The notes below the pieces were generated by a model, which was given only the letters and a program-made list of their open reading frames with translations, made no database searches and was not told where the DNA came from. This document shows positions 9,769 through 18,322 of a DNA stretch of 47,694 nucleotides, piece after piece; the stretch's first letter is position 1, and each line of letters opens with the position of its first letter. The DNA is taken from IMG/VR virus record IMGVR_UViG_3300022538_000189. One strand, written 5' to 3'. The translations under genes were made by a program, and so were the position numbers. This DNA is from a virus.

Positions 9769-10674
9769 TTAACGAACTTTTATATCTAATTTGATCTCAA
9801 CTTGAACGGTTAATCTTGTTCTCGTTGTTGATTCGAATTTTATTATTTTACTTCCTTTCGTTGTGATACTCTCTGTAATGTCTATTAATAATCGGTCAAT
9901 AGCAACCTTTCCATATTCTTCCCCATATCCTACCCCACCATCTTGCGAAACACTAAACGTAATTATAGGTGTTGTATCTTCTTCAAAAATACCATAAACT
10001 GCAGTATGTGTATGATTAGATACTGTATGAGTGTGATTTGCAATAGTAACTGTATGAGTGTGATTAGCTACGGTGTGCGTGTGATTGCTGACGGTGTGCG
10101 TGTGATTGCCAATAGAAACTGTATGAGTATGCGATGTACCTGGTAAGTTTATAACGTTACCTGATATTCCAGCAATTAAACCCTGTCTATTTTGGTCTCC
10201 AACATTGTCAGCTTGTTGCCACACTGAAGTAGACAAAACTGGATAAATTGTGCCACCAGAAACGCTTGTTGTTGGAGTGATTGCTCCACCTGAACTTGTC
10301 GTCTGTCCACCACCTGAACTTGTCGTCTGTCCACCACCTGAACTTGTCGTTGGTGTAGAACTGCCACCTGATGAACTTGTTTGTCCGCCACCAGAAGCAC
10401 CAGCCTTAGAATAAGCTCTGTACTTATGTATCCAGTAGGATACTTTTACTGATACTATTTTAATAGTTTCATCTAATACATTAAAATATACATACATAGG
10501 ATACGTAGTATCTAAACTATCCTGTGCATTAATAACATAAGTATTACGAAATGAAGCCATATTTTTGCTTGTTATGTTTCCATCAAGCGTATCATTGGCT
10601 GCTTGTAATTGTAGATTAGCAATTTCTAAATCTTCTTTTAATTGGTCAATTTCCTCTTGTTTAATCTCAATCAT
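9769..10674 (-). CDS. Fibre/needle-like protein with an N-terminal coiled coil, SSGGGQTT repeats and six NHTHTV (HxH) repeats.
   Basis: I chose the ATG at 10674: SD GGAG lies 5 nt upstream and the upstream TAA is at 10676-10678. The protein contains …SHTHTVSIGNHTHTVSNHTHTVANHTHTVTIANHTHTVSNHTHTAV…. Confidence 0.55.
   Translation of the reverse strand: MIEIKQEEIDQLKEDLEIANLQLQAANDTLDGNITSKNMASFRNTYVINAQDSLDTTYPMYVYFNVLDETIKIVSVKVSYWIHKYRAYSKAGASGGGQTSSSGGSSTPTTSSGGGQTTSSGGGQTTSSGGAITPTTSVSGGTIYPVLSTSVWQQADNVGDQNRQGLIAGISGNVINLPGTSHTHTVSIGNHTHTVSNHTHTVANHTHTVTIANHTHTVSNHTHTAVYGIFEEDTTPIITFSVSQDGGVGYGEEYGKVAIDRLLIDITESITTKGSKIIKFESTTRTRLTVQVEIKLDIKVR
10001..10136 (-). repeat. In-frame tandem about-18-nt coding repeat encoding NHTHTV(S/A) units.
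   Basis: The motif gtatgagtgtgatt / gtgtgcgtgtgatt recurs six times on the plus strand. Confidence 0.85.
10286..10350 (-). repeat. In-frame tandem 24-nt repeat, about 2.7 copies, encoding GGGQTTSS.
   Basis: ccacctgaacttgtcgtctgtcca is repeated exactly at 10286-10309 and 10310-10333, with a partial third copy. Confidence 0.9.
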
Positions 10675-10675
10675 C

Positions 10676-12433
10676 TTAACTCCATTCAGCATCTTCCTCT
10701 TGATATACTATCATATATCCCATTGTAGTTCTTGCATATTTATCAGTAAAATACGGTCTTATAGCTATTGCTCTACCTCTATTGCCCCCACTACCCATAT
10801 CAAATTTATACCACAATGTTTTATTTGCTGTGAGTGTTTGTGAGGTACAGGAAGTTTCATTATCATCATCAATGGTATAGTACATTGTCAAAGCGGTTCC
10901 TGTCGTAGTTTTTACCTTGATGTATATATTGTAATAATTCTTCCAAATATCTGGTTTTCCAAAATCTAATGGAAGGGTTTTGTCTTGACAAGGGATATTT
11001 GCACCATCATCATCAAGCCCACTAAATACTTTATAAACTCTACCTTCGGTATTTGATCCACCTTTAAGTGAATATGTATCTCCACCTTTATCCCAGACAG
11101 AATAACAACTGAATCCAAAATCAAATATACCTGCAGTTTGTGTCTTAAAATCATAATATACGGTCTCATTTGGAACTGTACTTGCACCTTTAGGATAAGT
11201 TAATAAGTATTTATCCTCAAAATAAGTTCCGCATGATAAATCCATATAAGTAGGATTGATATTATCCATTATATATTCGGAGAGTTTATAATCTAACTTT
11301 TTACCAGTAACACCATTATAATAATATATTCCATCGAAGGCTAAGTATACCAAAAGATTCTTGCAATTTACAAGAGAACGTGGAGCCATACATCCTTCAT
11401 TTGAGAAAGCATTTTTCCACTCATAATTATCCGAATCCCAACCTGTAAGTCTTTCAAGAGAATCATTTGTATAAACAGACAAAGTGGTTAATTGTTCTTT
11501 TAATCCAGTAATCTTTTGTTTATTACCTGTGGGAAAGTAATTTTCAGCAGGGAAGTATTCATCTGTTATTTTAGATACAGAGACATTTTCAGCATCAGCC
11601 AATACAAGTCTTGACCTACGCTTAGTAACTAAATGTGGAGTAGAAGTCGGTACTGTATGATCTGCATGTAATTGTGTCAAAAGAATTAAAGTCGAATCTG
11701 CTTGTGTTAAATCCACACTTGTATCTACATTATTGGCTACTTCTTTATCATAATAGTATGTTGAACCACCAACAGAAGTACGATAAATCCTACGCTTAGT
11801 TACTTTATCATCACTTGAGACTACTATTGCCAGAGTAATCTTATCACTGGCAGTACATGCTATATTAGCACTTGCAGCTGATGCATTACTTTCAAATCCA
11901 TCTTCATCTACATAAGTATATTTTACCTTATAATTTCCAGTAGATAGACTTCCACCACCAGGACTTGTTCCAGTTGGTGCAGCAGCAGGGGGGGTAATAC
12001 CCAAGACACGAACATACGTTGCATTATATTTCCATACCCCTTTGCTATTTACACCATAGCATCTATTCTTAAAATCAGTCCAATATGTATCTTGGTCTGC
12101 TGTAGTTGTAAAATCACTACCAGACTCTTTTTCTAATGCAGTCGCTCCCCATGGGTCGGTTGCTGCTAATCCATACCACTTGGTGTTCCATGCCACTATA
12201 AATTCTTTGGTTAATGGGTTTTGTTGATAATAACGATGCATACCTGTTATTTTATGGCTGGCACCAATAGAGGTTGTATTATACTTCTCAAAACCCTTAC
12301 GTTTCTCTAATTGACCATCTACATTAAAAAAACAATTCTGCAGTCCATCTATATCTCTTGGTATTTGTGTTAATTTAACATCAGATGGTGAAAGATTATC
12401 TAATATATAATATATTTTTTTCTTCTGTTCCAT
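10676..12433 (-). CDS. Tail tubular/nozzle-like protein (T7 gp12-position analogue).
   Basis: 585-aa beta-rich protein directly downstream of a 227-aa protein and upstream of the ejection-protein block. The call is based on position and size. Confidence 0.35.
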   Translation of the reverse strand: MEQKKKIYYILDNLSPSDVKLTQIPRDIDGLQNCFFNVDGQLEKRKGFEKYNTTSIGASHKITGMHRYYQQNPLTKEFIVAWNTKWYGLAATDPWGATALEKESGSDFTTTADQDTYWTDFKNRCYGVNSKGVWKYNATYVRVLGITPPAAAPTGTSPGGGSLSTGNYKVKYTYVDEDGFESNASAASANIACTASDKITLAIVVSSDDKVTKRRIYRTSVGGSTYYYDKEVANNVDTSVDLTQADSTLILLTQLHADHTVPTSTPHLVTKRRSRLVLADAENVSVSKITDEYFPAENYFPTGNKQKITGLKEQLTTLSVYTNDSLERLTGWDSDNYEWKNAFSNEGCMAPRSLVNCKNLLVYLAFDGIYYYNGVTGKKLDYKLSEYIMDNINPTYMDLSCGTYFEDKYLLTYPKGASTVPNETVYYDFKTQTAGIFDFGFSCYSVWDKGGDTYSLKGGSNTEGRVYKVFSGLDDDGANIPCQDKTLPLDFGKPDIWKNYYNIYIKVKTTTGTALTMYYTIDDDNETSCTSQTLTANKTLWYKFDMGSGGNRGRAIAIRPYFTDKYARTTMGYMIVYQEEDAEWS

Positions 12434-12442
12434 GATTTTCCT

Positions 12443-13126
12443 TTACATATTTAATGGGTCTGTATTGATATATGTCCCTCTATTCTTTTCACCTGGTATC
12501 ATTCTTCTGGGTTGATTCTTTTCCCCATACACTACATTATTTATATAAATTATACCTCTATCAACCTCTTTCATCTTTAACAGATAATCACTTGTATTTC
12601 TTTTCTTATACCAGCATTGTGCAATAGCATAATCTCTTATATATCGTCTCATGGGTATAATTCTATAATCACCTGAAAATGGAATGACTGCATCTGCTAA
12701 TACAGGTGCTCTTTCAATCCCATAAAATCTTACAGTATCTCCTGCACTAAGTTTAGGAAAAAATCCTAAGTTATCAGCTCTTCGATAAAATCTTATCGGT
12801 TCTCCTGTCTGATCTCGCCAGTCATAACCATAATACCGATTCAATTCAGTAAAAGTTGTTTCAGTAATATTATTACCATTATAAAATACTCCACCTTCAT
12901 CAAGAGTAAGAAAGTCACTTGGAAATCTTATTTCCCTATCGTCAATAATATCCTCAGCTAATATAGTATAATCGTAATATTTGGACAATACTTTGGTTGC
13001 TGCACTTATATATTCTTGTCCTTCGTTGAGCCATCTTGTGATTTCAGTATCTAACCAAAATCCATCAGCTGACTCATTAATTAGGCTCCGAACATCCGTT
13101 ATCAGTTCTGCTACCGTTGCTAACAT
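12443..13126 (-). CDS. Head-to-tail adaptor / tail tubular A-like protein.
   Basis: 227 aa with SD aaggag. It is the first large gene after the HNH/Zn-ribbon insertion. The call is based on position. Confidence 0.3.
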   Translation of the reverse strand: MLATVAELITDVRSLINESADGFWLDTEITRWLNEGQEYISAATKVLSKYYDYTILAEDIIDDREIRFPSDFLTLDEGGVFYNGNNITETTFTELNRYYGYDWRDQTGEPIRFYRRADNLGFFPKLSAGDTVRFYGIERAPVLADAVIPFSGDYRIIPMRRYIRDYAIAQCWYKKRNTSDYLLKMKEVDRGIIYINNVVYGEKNQPRRMIPGEKNRGTYINTDPLNM

Positions 13127-13319
13127 CTATTTTTTTCTCCTTAACAAGTTTCAAATCACTTCTTAGTCTATCTAATCTGTAATTGACTTTCTTTAATTCC
13201 TTTGTTATGGTTACTACATTATCATGTGTTACCTGTGCTCCTACTATTGTAGCCTTTAACTGTGGAATGAAATCTTTTAATACTTTTCTTATTTTATCTA
13301 ATTCTACCTTATAATTCAT
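13077..13319 (-). CDS. Hypothetical small coiled-coil protein.
   Basis: 80-aa ORF whose 3' end overlaps the next gene by 50 nt. Confidence 0.4.
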   Translation of the reverse strand: MNYKVELDKIRKVLKDFIPQLKATIVGAQVTHDNVVTITKELKKVNYRLDRLRSDLKLVKEKKIDVSNGSRTDNGCSEPN

Positions 13320-13712
13320 TTACAATTTCCCCTTTAATATTTTTTCGTGTAATTCTGCATGGCAATTAGCACATAAGACTATACATTTACCCATTTCTTT
13401 TTTAATATCTTTTATAGGTTTGCCCATACTCGAACCTATCACAAATTCTTTATCATTATTTGGATGATGAAAAACTAAAGCACCAGCACAATTATTATAC
13501 CCACAGATAGCACAACCTTTTAATAGTTTATAGTCTCGAACAAATTGTCTTTTCTTTTTATATTTTATACTTCTGTATTCTTGCTGATTTATTGCCTGTC
13601 TTTTCACTTTTTCAGGATTATCTCTACGCCATTGTTTAAGTCTCTCCCGATAATTCTTTTTATGTACTTGATAATAATCCTTATAATATTCCTTCTTTTG
13701 TTTTTGGTTCAT
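13320..13712 (-). CDS. HNH endonuclease (free-standing, homing-type).
   Basis: 130 aa with CAICG…FHHPNND…VLCANCHAELH. The basic Y/K-rich N-terminal region resembles the second HNH at 43830-44267. Confidence 0.75.
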   Translation of the reverse strand: MNQKQKKEYYKDYYQVHKKNYRERLKQWRRDNPEKVKRQAINQQEYRSIKYKKKRQFVRDYKLLKGCAICGYNNCAGALVFHHPNNDKEFVIGSSMGKPIKDIKKEMGKCIVLCANCHAELHEKILKGKL

Positions 13713-13988
13713 TTATAATCCGTCTACTATACCTTTTTCAGGTACTATTTCTTTTGGAAGTTTACCCTTCTCTTCTAAGCTTTTATTTGCATAATATCTA
13801 TCTTGTTTTGCATCTATGCCTTTTTTACGCATAAATCTATTAACGCCAATTATCTGCACTCCAGAAAAATCAATTTGCATATTCATTTTTCCACCGCATC
13901 CACAAATCTGATTATCTCTTTCTTTCCATAAAACATTTCTTTCTTCTAACTTTTTACATTCTTTGCACTTAAAATCGTAATTAGGCAC
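13713..13988 (-). CDS. FmdB-type zinc-ribbon protein.
   Basis: I chose the GTG start at 13988 (SD AAGGGGGAG). This gives the N-terminus MPNYDFKCKECKK…CGCGG, typical of the MPxYxYxCxxC zinc-ribbon family. Confidence 0.6.
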   Translation of the reverse strand: MPNYDFKCKECKKLEERNVLWKERDNQICGCGGKMNMQIDFSGVQIIGVNRFMRKKGIDAKQDRYYANKSLEEKGKLPKEIVPEKGIVDGL

Positions 13989-13999
13989 AGTTCTCCCCC

Positions 14000-14140
14000 T
14001 TACTTCTTTTTTCTGATTTTGATATGTCCTTCGTATTTTCTTCCACCTATGTAACAAACATGACGATATTTATTACTACCTAATCTTTCAGTAGAAACTC
14101 TACCACCACGTTTTATACAGTCGTTAAATCCCTTTGGCAC
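14000..14140 (-). CDS. Small basic protein (46 aa); absent from the ORF track because of its size.
   Basis: GTG start at 14140 preceded by TAAGGGGGATACT. This initiation region is nearly identical to that of the next gene (TAAGGGGGAGAACT-GTGCC). Sequence: MPKGFNDCIKRGGRVSTERLGSNKYRHVCYIGGRKYEGHIKIRKKK. Confidence 0.45.
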   Translation of the reverse strand: MPKGFNDCIKRGGRVSTERLGSNKYRHVCYIGGRKYEGHIKIRKKK

Positions 14141-14150
14141 AGTATCCCCC

Positions 14151-14420
14151 TTAGCCCATTCCAACCCAGATTTCTCCAGCTTTCCAATCTATAAAACAAC
14201 CTTCTTGTAGTCTCAATCCTCTGCCAGGAAATACTACTATTTTGGTTAAGCATTGGGCGTTGCTTCTCAAATATAGTTTTCTTTTTGCAACTGTTTGAGC
14301 GTTGGTTGCCTCGTTATATACCTCACAATCAGTAGCAATGGTATGAGATAGAATTATCATTTTCATAAAACAAGCAACTGTACTTACTTGTGTATTAGCC
14401 ACTACTCTTATTAAATCCAT
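14151..14420 (-). CDS. Hypothetical protein, possibly a head-completion protein.
   Basis: 89-aa ORF in the head-to-tail region. Confidence 0.35.
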   Translation of the reverse strand: MDLIRVVANTQVSTVACFMKMIILSHTIATDCEVYNEATNAQTVAKRKLYLRSNAQCLTKIVVFPGRGLRLQEGCFIDWKAGEIWVGMG

Positions 14421-14438
14421 TTTTTTGCTCCTCGATAT

Positions 14439-14765
14439 TTATTTCTTTTCTTTAACTTTAACTTCTTGACATTCTGTTACACGCTTGACTAATTCAACTT
14501 CATTCTGAGTATATCCTTTAAAATTATCAACAACAGCAAATCTTACTTTATTGTATTCTTCTTCTTCAAGTAAAACATCTATACCAGCTTTAAGAATCTT
14601 TTCTGCAATTTCGTTCTGTTTTAGAAGGGCTACTCCACCAAGTCCTAAATCTGGATGGAACATTAGTTGAACTATTGATTCTTTTACATTATAAGGTATC
14701 TCTTTGTAAGTTCCATCTGCTTGTAATACCTTAACTTCGTATTGCGTAACGTTTAATTTTCTCAT
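14439..14765 (-). CDS. Hypothetical protein, possibly a head-completion protein.
   Basis: 108-aa ORF with SD aaaggggg upstream. Confidence 0.4.
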   Translation of the reverse strand: MRKLNVTQYEVKVLQADGTYKEIPYNVKESIVQLMFHPDLGLGGVALLKQNEIAEKILKAGIDVLLEEEEYNKVRFAVVDNFKGYTQNEVELVKRVTECQEVKVKEKK

Positions 14766-14830
14766 ATTCTTTTCCCCCTTTCATAAAGTGTGAGGGGTTT
14801 ATCTATACCACCCCTCGAAGATTTTTAGTT

Positions 14831-15676
14831 TTACGATGTCGCTGGTGCTGTACTTGCAAGTAAATAAAAGTCAACATCATCAATTTTTATTTTAAGTGAA
14901 CGACATATTGTTTTATGTATCGCAGTTGACCCTATATCAGCACTAACAAAACCACCTGTAATATTTTTAACAAAGTTAAATAAGTAAGCAAAGTGGGTGT
15001 CTGTTCCACCACCGCCTTGAACTTTGAATACATTATCCACAATTGCTGAACTACTTGAATTATTCTGAGTTATCAAAACCATACTAACTTCACCAGTAGT
15101 TGGATTTGTCGCCAACTGATTATCTACCCATAAAGAACAGGCGTTTTCTACCTCAGTCCATGTGCCACCCGCTAATATTTGTGACATTACTCCTGCAATA
15201 GTTACAGCAGTATTTTTTATTGTTCCTGACACTCTTGCTCTACCATGTACTCCAACAACGAATTGGTCGTTATCTTGAGTTGTTTGAACTCCTGTTAGTT
15301 TAACGTCTCCTCTTATACAATATATACTACCAAAACTTGCTCCTGCTCCTGTAACTGCACCTGTTATCCACACAGGTACATTATATCCATCACCACTAAG
15401 GTCAGAATAAACCTTTATGGCACTTTGTCCAGTTACCGCAGTTGTAAGAGCTGTAACAGTTCCTATTCCGATAGGAAGAGTTACTGTGCCTTCTATCTTT
15501 ATACCATTAGTACAACTACCGATTTGAATAGCATCTCCACTACCACTTGGTGGTGCAACATATATTCCTTTAATTCTCATTCCACCAAATCTATCAGTCG
15601 TGTCATAAGCTAAGGCTGCGTAAATTTCGCCTCTACTAAAGCCTTCGCCAAGACTTTTTTTAATTGTCTGAGTCAT
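14831..15676 (-). CDS. Hypothetical capsid-associated protein (G/T/V-rich beta structure); possibly a decoration protein or head fibre.
   Basis: 281-aa ORF immediately downstream of the major capsid gene, with SD aaaggag. There is no recognisable enzymatic motif. Confidence 0.35.
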   Translation of the reverse strand: MTQTIKKSLGEGFSRGEIYAALAYDTTDRFGGMRIKGIYVAPPSGSGDAIQIGSCTNGIKIEGTVTLPIGIGTVTALTTAVTGQSAIKVYSDLSGDGYNVPVWITGAVTGAGASFGSIYCIRGDVKLTGVQTTQDNDQFVVGVHGRARVSGTIKNTAVTIAGVMSQILAGGTWTEVENACSLWVDNQLATNPTTGEVSMVLITQNNSSSSAIVDNVFKVQGGGGTDTHFAYLFNFVKNITGGFVSADIGSTAIHKTICRSLKIKIDDVDFYLLASTAPATS

Positions 15677-15698
15677 TGAATTTTCTCCTTTTTTTACA

Positions 15699-15723
15699 GG
15701 GGTAGAAGTTATCGTTCTACCCC
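15699..15723 (-). promoter_or_regulatory. Strong intergenic hairpin just after the major capsid gene (attenuator or mRNA-stabiliser candidate).
   Basis: GGGGTAGAA-7 nt-TTCTACCCC, a 9-bp perfect stem. No U-tract follows it on the minus strand. Confidence 0.5.
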
Positions 15724-15752
15724 TTTCCTATTATGTTATAAGTTTGTTGTTT

Positions 15753-16961
15753 CTATATTATACTTGTAGCACCACTTAATATTTGTACTCCGAATACCGA
15801 ATGTAAAACCTTCGGCACTAAGTATGCTTTCCAACCCAAAGTAGAGTAAGTCTCTAATGGATCGCCAGTCTGTTCTTTAGATTTCTTAATAAGTTTATCT
15901 TGTACGCCATTAAATCTAACACCAGCATAGCACTCTTTTCCAAATATAGGTGTGTGGAAAATAGCTCCAGCAGCAGCGTATGTTCCCATAACTCCTGCAT
16001 CACTTCTCCACGGTAAAGAATCAAGAACGAATCTGATTCCGCCCCATTCTCCTACTTCTCCATTATACAGTTTCTTAGAACCTGCGTAATGGTCAGCATT
16101 AACCCATTCCGAGTCATTTCTGACATCGAACTGAGTAAATGGTGATAATATTCCTACAAAATAGCCATCTTCGTATGGTGTGGTTAAATTAGTTTGTAAT
16201 ATGACTACACTCTTAGCCACTCCAGCACATTCTAACGGATTATCAGAATCTAAACCAGTTGTAGTTGCAACCTTTCCTAAGTCTCCATCGCCAGGTGTTT
16301 CATTAAGTATGTAAGATGGAGCAGTAGAACTAAGAGTTATACTTGTATCACCCTGGTCAGAGTCAGAAATATATCCACCCATTCCAAAGTTATTACCAGA
16401 TGTTATAGCAACAACTCCACCAAGCCATTTATCGTCAGCACCACTTAAATTAGCACTAACTAAAACACTTGAACTTGTGCTTGTAGCAGATGTAAAGAGT
16501 TTTTCATAAGTAGAACTTCCGTCCATTCTCATTGGATATAAGTTCTGAACTAAACAACCCCAATACATTCTATTAATTGTCTTTTCTCTATGTATTCCTA
16601 AACTTCCAGCAGTACTTTGCATTTTAGGGTCAATAGATATGATTTGTAAGAATTCACTAAGCGAGATAACTAAACCATATCCCTTAACCAATGCTTTCAC
16701 TCTCTGCCAATTAAGTTTAGTAGCTGCAGGACTTTCACCCTCAGTTAATACACTATAATCAGATGCTACATCTATTGGGACAGTTTTCCACCAATCTATT
16801 TCGTCACCAGCACCCTGAGGGATGTTTCGTGACTTGACAGCGAATTGTTCTAATCTATTAAAAGGCTTACCTTCTTTTAAGGCAGTCTTGTCATAGAATA
16901 TATTAACTAATTCGGCTGCGTCGGCTTTTTTGTTTGTATTTGTATATACTGTAAACGCCAT
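15753..16961 (-). CDS. Major capsid protein (HK97-fold class inferred).
   Basis: 402 aa, located directly after the scaffold gene and followed by a strong hairpin. Size and composition are typical of major capsid proteins in the terL-portal-scaffold-capsid gene order. Confidence 0.75.
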   Translation of the reverse strand: MAFTVYTNTNKKADAAELVNIFYDKTALKEGKPFNRLEQFAVKSRNIPQGAGDEIDWWKTVPIDVASDYSVLTEGESPAATKLNWQRVKALVKGYGLVISLSEFLQIISIDPKMQSTAGSLGIHREKTINRMYWGCLVQNLYPMRMDGSSTYEKLFTSATSTSSSVLVSANLSGADDKWLGGVVAITSGNNFGMGGYISDSDQGDTSITLSSTAPSYILNETPGDGDLGKVATTTGLDSDNPLECAGVAKSVVILQTNLTTPYEDGYFVGILSPFTQFDVRNDSEWVNADHYAGSKKLYNGEVGEWGGIRFVLDSLPWRSDAGVMGTYAAAGAIFHTPIFGKECYAGVRFNGVQDKLIKKSKEQTGDPLETYSTLGWKAYLVPKVLHSVFGVQILSGATSII

Positions 16962-16986
16962 TGTTTTTCTCCTTTAATTTTTTGTT

Positions 16987-18033
16987 TTACCTCTTATCGC
17001 TATACGGAAGAACCTTGCTCAAGATTTTTAATGCTTTTTCTGGATCCATTTTATCAATCTTGTCAATGGCTTTTCTCATATTGGTTCCCACGGTTTTCTT
17101 TCCAGCAGGAGTAACTCCTATCGTATGGGTTGCCTGCTGTTTATCTTTATTTGATTGCTTCTCCTTCAACTTCTCGTCAAACTCTTTTTCTTTAGCTTCC
17201 ATTCGTTCATCAAATGCACTTTCCTTGTAGATATTGAAAGCCACCTGTATTGCCTTAGTTCCGTGTTCTTTCCATAATTCAGGATTTGCTTTTAATACCT
17301 TATCAACTTCTACTCTGTCATAAGGAACGATTTTATCTTTATTGTCAGTAGTTAATTTTTCTTCCATTCGTTCATTTCGTGTCTGTGCAGTTGAATTGAC
17401 CAAAGGTCTAATATAAGGATTAATAAGCGATGAAAACGCTTTTTGAGGATCTTCACCAAGTTGTTGTATGAATTCTGCGATTTCCTGTTTTGTCCATCTT
17501 TTAATTGCAGGAGTTGATTTATTTGCAGACATTTCAATTTCATATTTTTTTGCCAACTCCTTTGCCGTAGCTAATTCAGCTTTTTGTTTTCTCAATTCTC
17601 CTAATTCAGTAGTATGTGACGAACTCAATTTTTCAGCGTTAACATACATTTTAGCAATTTCTTCTAATGATTTTCCTTTAAGTTTGTCAGGAAGATTAAA
17701 CTCATCCTCTCCAGTTTCATTGTCCTCATCATCAGCATCAGAATCTTTTTCTTCTAATTCTTCACTTAATGTTTTTTCATCTATGACTTCTTCTTCTTTC
17801 TCTTCTTCTTTTTCTTCTTCCTTTGTTTCTTCTTCTTTTGTCTCTTTATCTTCTGCTTCCTCTGAGGATGTCTCTATTGGATTTTGTTTGCGAAGTATTT
17901 CCGCAATCTCTTCTGGTTCCAGCTTATCCAATTCATCAGTTCCAGCTTTCATTTCTTCTTTCTCGTCGAAGTTTGAATGTTCTTCGCCTTCAAAAGGGAT
18001 GTCTGTGGAATTATTGATTACTTGTTTAGGCAT
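16987..18033 (-). CDS. Scaffolding protein.
   Basis: 348 aa. It is extremely acidic with E/K-rich low complexity (EEETKEEEKEEEKEEE) and a helical C-terminal half. Lies between portal and capsid. Confidence 0.65.
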   Translation of the reverse strand: MPKQVINNSTDIPFEGEEHSNFDEKEEMKAGTDELDKLEPEEIAEILRKQNPIETSSEEAEDKETKEEETKEEEKEEEKEEEVIDEKTLSEELEEKDSDADDEDNETGEDEFNLPDKLKGKSLEEIAKMYVNAEKLSSSHTTELGELRKQKAELATAKELAKKYEIEMSANKSTPAIKRWTKQEIAEFIQQLGEDPQKAFSSLINPYIRPLVNSTAQTRNERMEEKLTTDNKDKIVPYDRVEVDKVLKANPELWKEHGTKAIQVAFNIYKESAFDERMEAKEKEFDEKLKEKQSNKDKQQATHTIGVTPAGKKTVGTNMRKAIDKIDKMDPEKALKILSKVLPYSDKR

Positions 18034-18049
18034 TTATTTTCTCCTTTTT

Positions 18050-18322
18050 TTATTTTAGTTGGCTTAATTGTTCTCTGGCTTGATTCCCAACCTGAATTGC
18101 CAAGCCCATTTCGTTTATTAAAGAGTCTATAATGTGGATTAGTGCCCTTGCGTTCACAGCGTCTTTATCTTTTTTAAGATTCTCTATTGCGATATTATAT
18201 TTGTTTTGTAGAAAATCTTCTATAAGTCTCCAACCTGGTGAACTAAACAAAGTTACTAACTTGTCACGATTATATCCTTCTTTTAATAAAGCATTCTCAA
18301 CTTTTGTTACCTCTTGTTCCAT
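18050..18322 (-). CDS. Hypothetical small protein between portal and scaffold.
   Basis: I chose the ATG at 18322, which is TAATG-coupled to the portal stop and has SD GAGGAAGTG. 90 aa. Confidence 0.45.
   Translation of the reverse strand: MEQEVTKVENALLKEGYNRDKLVTLFSSPGWRLIEDFLQNKYNIAIENLKKDKDAVNARALIHIIDSLINEMGLAIQVGNQAREQLSQLK

Noticed and set aside
10001-10350. Tandem DNA repeats considered as a possible CRISPR or mini-array.
   Set aside because: The repeats are contiguous with no spacers. They are 18 and 24 nt long, in frame, and translate to NHTHTV and GGGQTTSS protein repeats inside a clear ORF.
184-18058. Plus-strand ORFs antisense to large minus-strand genes (for example 184-567, 4719-5147, 5475-5717, 5925-6260, 6581-6847, 8803-9267, 17468-18058).
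   Set aside because: They are S/F/L/I-rich shadow ORFs and lack an SD. Each lies completely within a longer, well-supported gene on the opposite strand in an otherwise single-strand operon.
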